A DNA stretch of 36,301 nt. It comes from Nemertoderma westbladi. Taxonomy: Eukaryota; Animalia; Xenacoelomorpha. Below the pieces are notes generated by a model. The model was not told the DNA's origin, did not search any database, and was given only the letters and a program-made list of their open reading frames with translations. Below are positions 34,327 through 36,301 of this stretch, one piece after another. Both the position numbers and the translations under genes were made by a program. The DNA is taken from positions 1 through 36,301 of the forward strand of contig JAUCBJ010001613.1 of NCBI GenBank assembly GCA_032718475.1, given 5' to 3'. The first letter of the stretch is position 1, and every line of letters begins with the position of its first letter.

Positions 34327-36301
34327 TATTGTTCTAAATACCCCCCCCCCCCCCCCCTCCCCCCAAAGTTATACTGAGGGGAGGCAAATTATACTAAGGA
34401 GATTATGTCCGGGTGGGGGGGGGGGGGCAAAATCCTAGGAGAATGACAGAATGAGACAAGGGGGACATACTCTCCTAGGAGTTTTTTTTCCGTGGGTACA
34501 GATTCCACAGGGGGCAAATTCCCCTGCTACACCGGTGCTAGTACTACGCTCAACAAGGTTACCTGCTACTGTATATGACAATGACAGTACGATAGCTAAG
34601 GCAGGACAGTATCTGAGTGTCGTGGTCGTGCTTGATTGGCTGATTGACTAGAGCAGTAGAGCCTAGACAGCTAGAGATGAGAGAAAGAGGCACACTGGCT
34701 GACTATAGTGAGATGGAGTTCACTTATGCTTAGCGCCATCGAAATCCCAACATGCTGGCGCTAGAGAACTTTGTAGGCCCCATGAAAGCAATTAAGTACA
34801 GCTCCCACGAGTCTATACCAATTCATTCAGATGTCAAATGAATGATATGGTCCTCAATTGGTTCCCTTTTCAAAGCGAATTTTATATAAATATCAGGAGT
34901 TGGGGGCTCTTTCTGTTGTCCCGCAGCTAGTTTGATTTATATTCTCCTTATTTTATTTTTAAACTTTACGTTTTTACCCCTCGAGTTTGATTAGAATATG
35001 GCCACCCACTCATGCTCCCACAGAGCAAGCCACATGTGTGCGCTTGAGCGCACATGGCGTGTGTGTACGCTCTTGCGCACCAAAAATTACCTGTTTTTCT
35101 AAACATATGTTTAAAACATAAGTAAGAACGGAAATTTTAATTAACAATTTAATATAAAACAATAAAATGTAAAATCATTAAACTGCAAATCTCGAGTACG
35201 CATATTGAAAGCACCCGGCCCCCTTAATGAGGCATGTCTCTATGTTGTCGTATGCATTCGTGGCGGTGGCAGGTTATTTCAACTACACTATTTCGTTTCA
35301 ACTATTCGGTTTCCGTAGGCCTACTTACCTATGTTTTAACAGTATGTTTAGAGAAACAGGTAATTTTTTAGTTCAAATTTTATCATAACACTACACCATG
35401 TCCCAGAATATAGCGTCGTAATTCAGTGACACCCCCCCCCCCCCCCCTAATTTTTCTACAAATCTTAATGAGATTGCATGAAATTTGAAACAGAGATAGG
35501 TTCACCTCCCGACCACTGACTGTGTGAGCCAGAATTTTTATTTTTGCTTTCAATCTTTAGCTACAAGCGTTTAAAAAAAGTGTCTCCAGCAATATTTCAC
35601 CAGTTACACCGCAGTTATTCTTCTACCTTATAGACGTTTGTTGGTACCAATGGAAAGCTATGGCCATGCAAGGATTCCAAATATGTATCACAATTTGAAT
35701 TTTGTTGAAAAATGGCTGAGATATGAGCGTTCAAATGTTGCATGGTTTTGCAACGACGCGAGGCTATTTTATTATATTAATAAATAAACCATATTCTGGA
35801 ACATTTTTTAAATGTATGAATAGCTACGTAATAGTATGATTAAAGATGTAATGCATTGTTGCCCAGCTACGTATTTGGATAAACAAAATATTCCAGATTA
35901 TTGTATTACTTGGCGATGTAAAACATAATACATGTAGGCCTAACACAACTTTCAATGAACAACAAAAAGTATTTATTTGGGTAAGGTCATTTTTTGCACA
36001 ATTCGCTATAATTACCAATTTAGATTTAATTCAATAATTTAATAGATATTACTATTCTACAGATTTAAAGTGCAATTTTCACCCATCATAGTACATAGTA
36101 ATGTTGTGCACATTGCCAGGCTTAACGGCAGTTTCCTTGCTTGTCAAGCTTTTTTTGTATATCTTCTCACTTTTAACTGCGCCTATTTCAGCATAAATAT
36201 CATCCATCGATGTTTCTTCCATTGTGAAATAGCGAAATAGCAAAATAGGTAATGTCAGAATGTAGGAAATTAAAAATAACTATTTATTGTACGGTAATAA
36301 A

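Noticed and set aside
34724-35070. Small hairpins (TAGCGCCA...TGGCGCTA; TGTGCGCT-TG-AGCGCACA) as ncRNA or Helitron ends
   Set aside because: 8-bp stems without supporting context; no tRNA or snRNA features found.

Overview
Repeat-rich eukaryotic (most likely invertebrate animal) genomic DNA; nothing here is prokaryotic and there is no CRISPR array. Layout: (1) a 41-bp satellite (1-4132 and 10181-~13615) with higher-order structure, split by a young 5'-truncated CR1/L2-group LINE on the minus strand (4133-10180: L1-like ORF1, intact PHD-APE-RT ORF2, (AATC)3+A20 tail, 3-bp TSD); (2) a predicted two-exon minus-strand gene (16291-15718 joined to 14575-13728, 473 aa) whose C-terminal domain has a papain/C39-like Q...C...H...NP motif arrangement; (3) a long-TIR non-autonomous DNA transposon (16913-20116, CATAGGC...GCCTATG ends, 8-bp TSD) with nested insertions in its right arm, including an RTE-clade LINE fragment; (4) a 31-bp satellite (~20117-29223), which explains the dozens of spurious repetitive ORFs, interrupted by a second inverted RTE copy; (5) a DDX19/Dbp5-family DEAD-box helicase gene with an intron-free CDS (33599-32037), a retrogene candidate. 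I found no convincing new multi-gene system. The best leads are the putative cysteine peptidase, the intronless DDX19 and the reconstructable nested insertion history.
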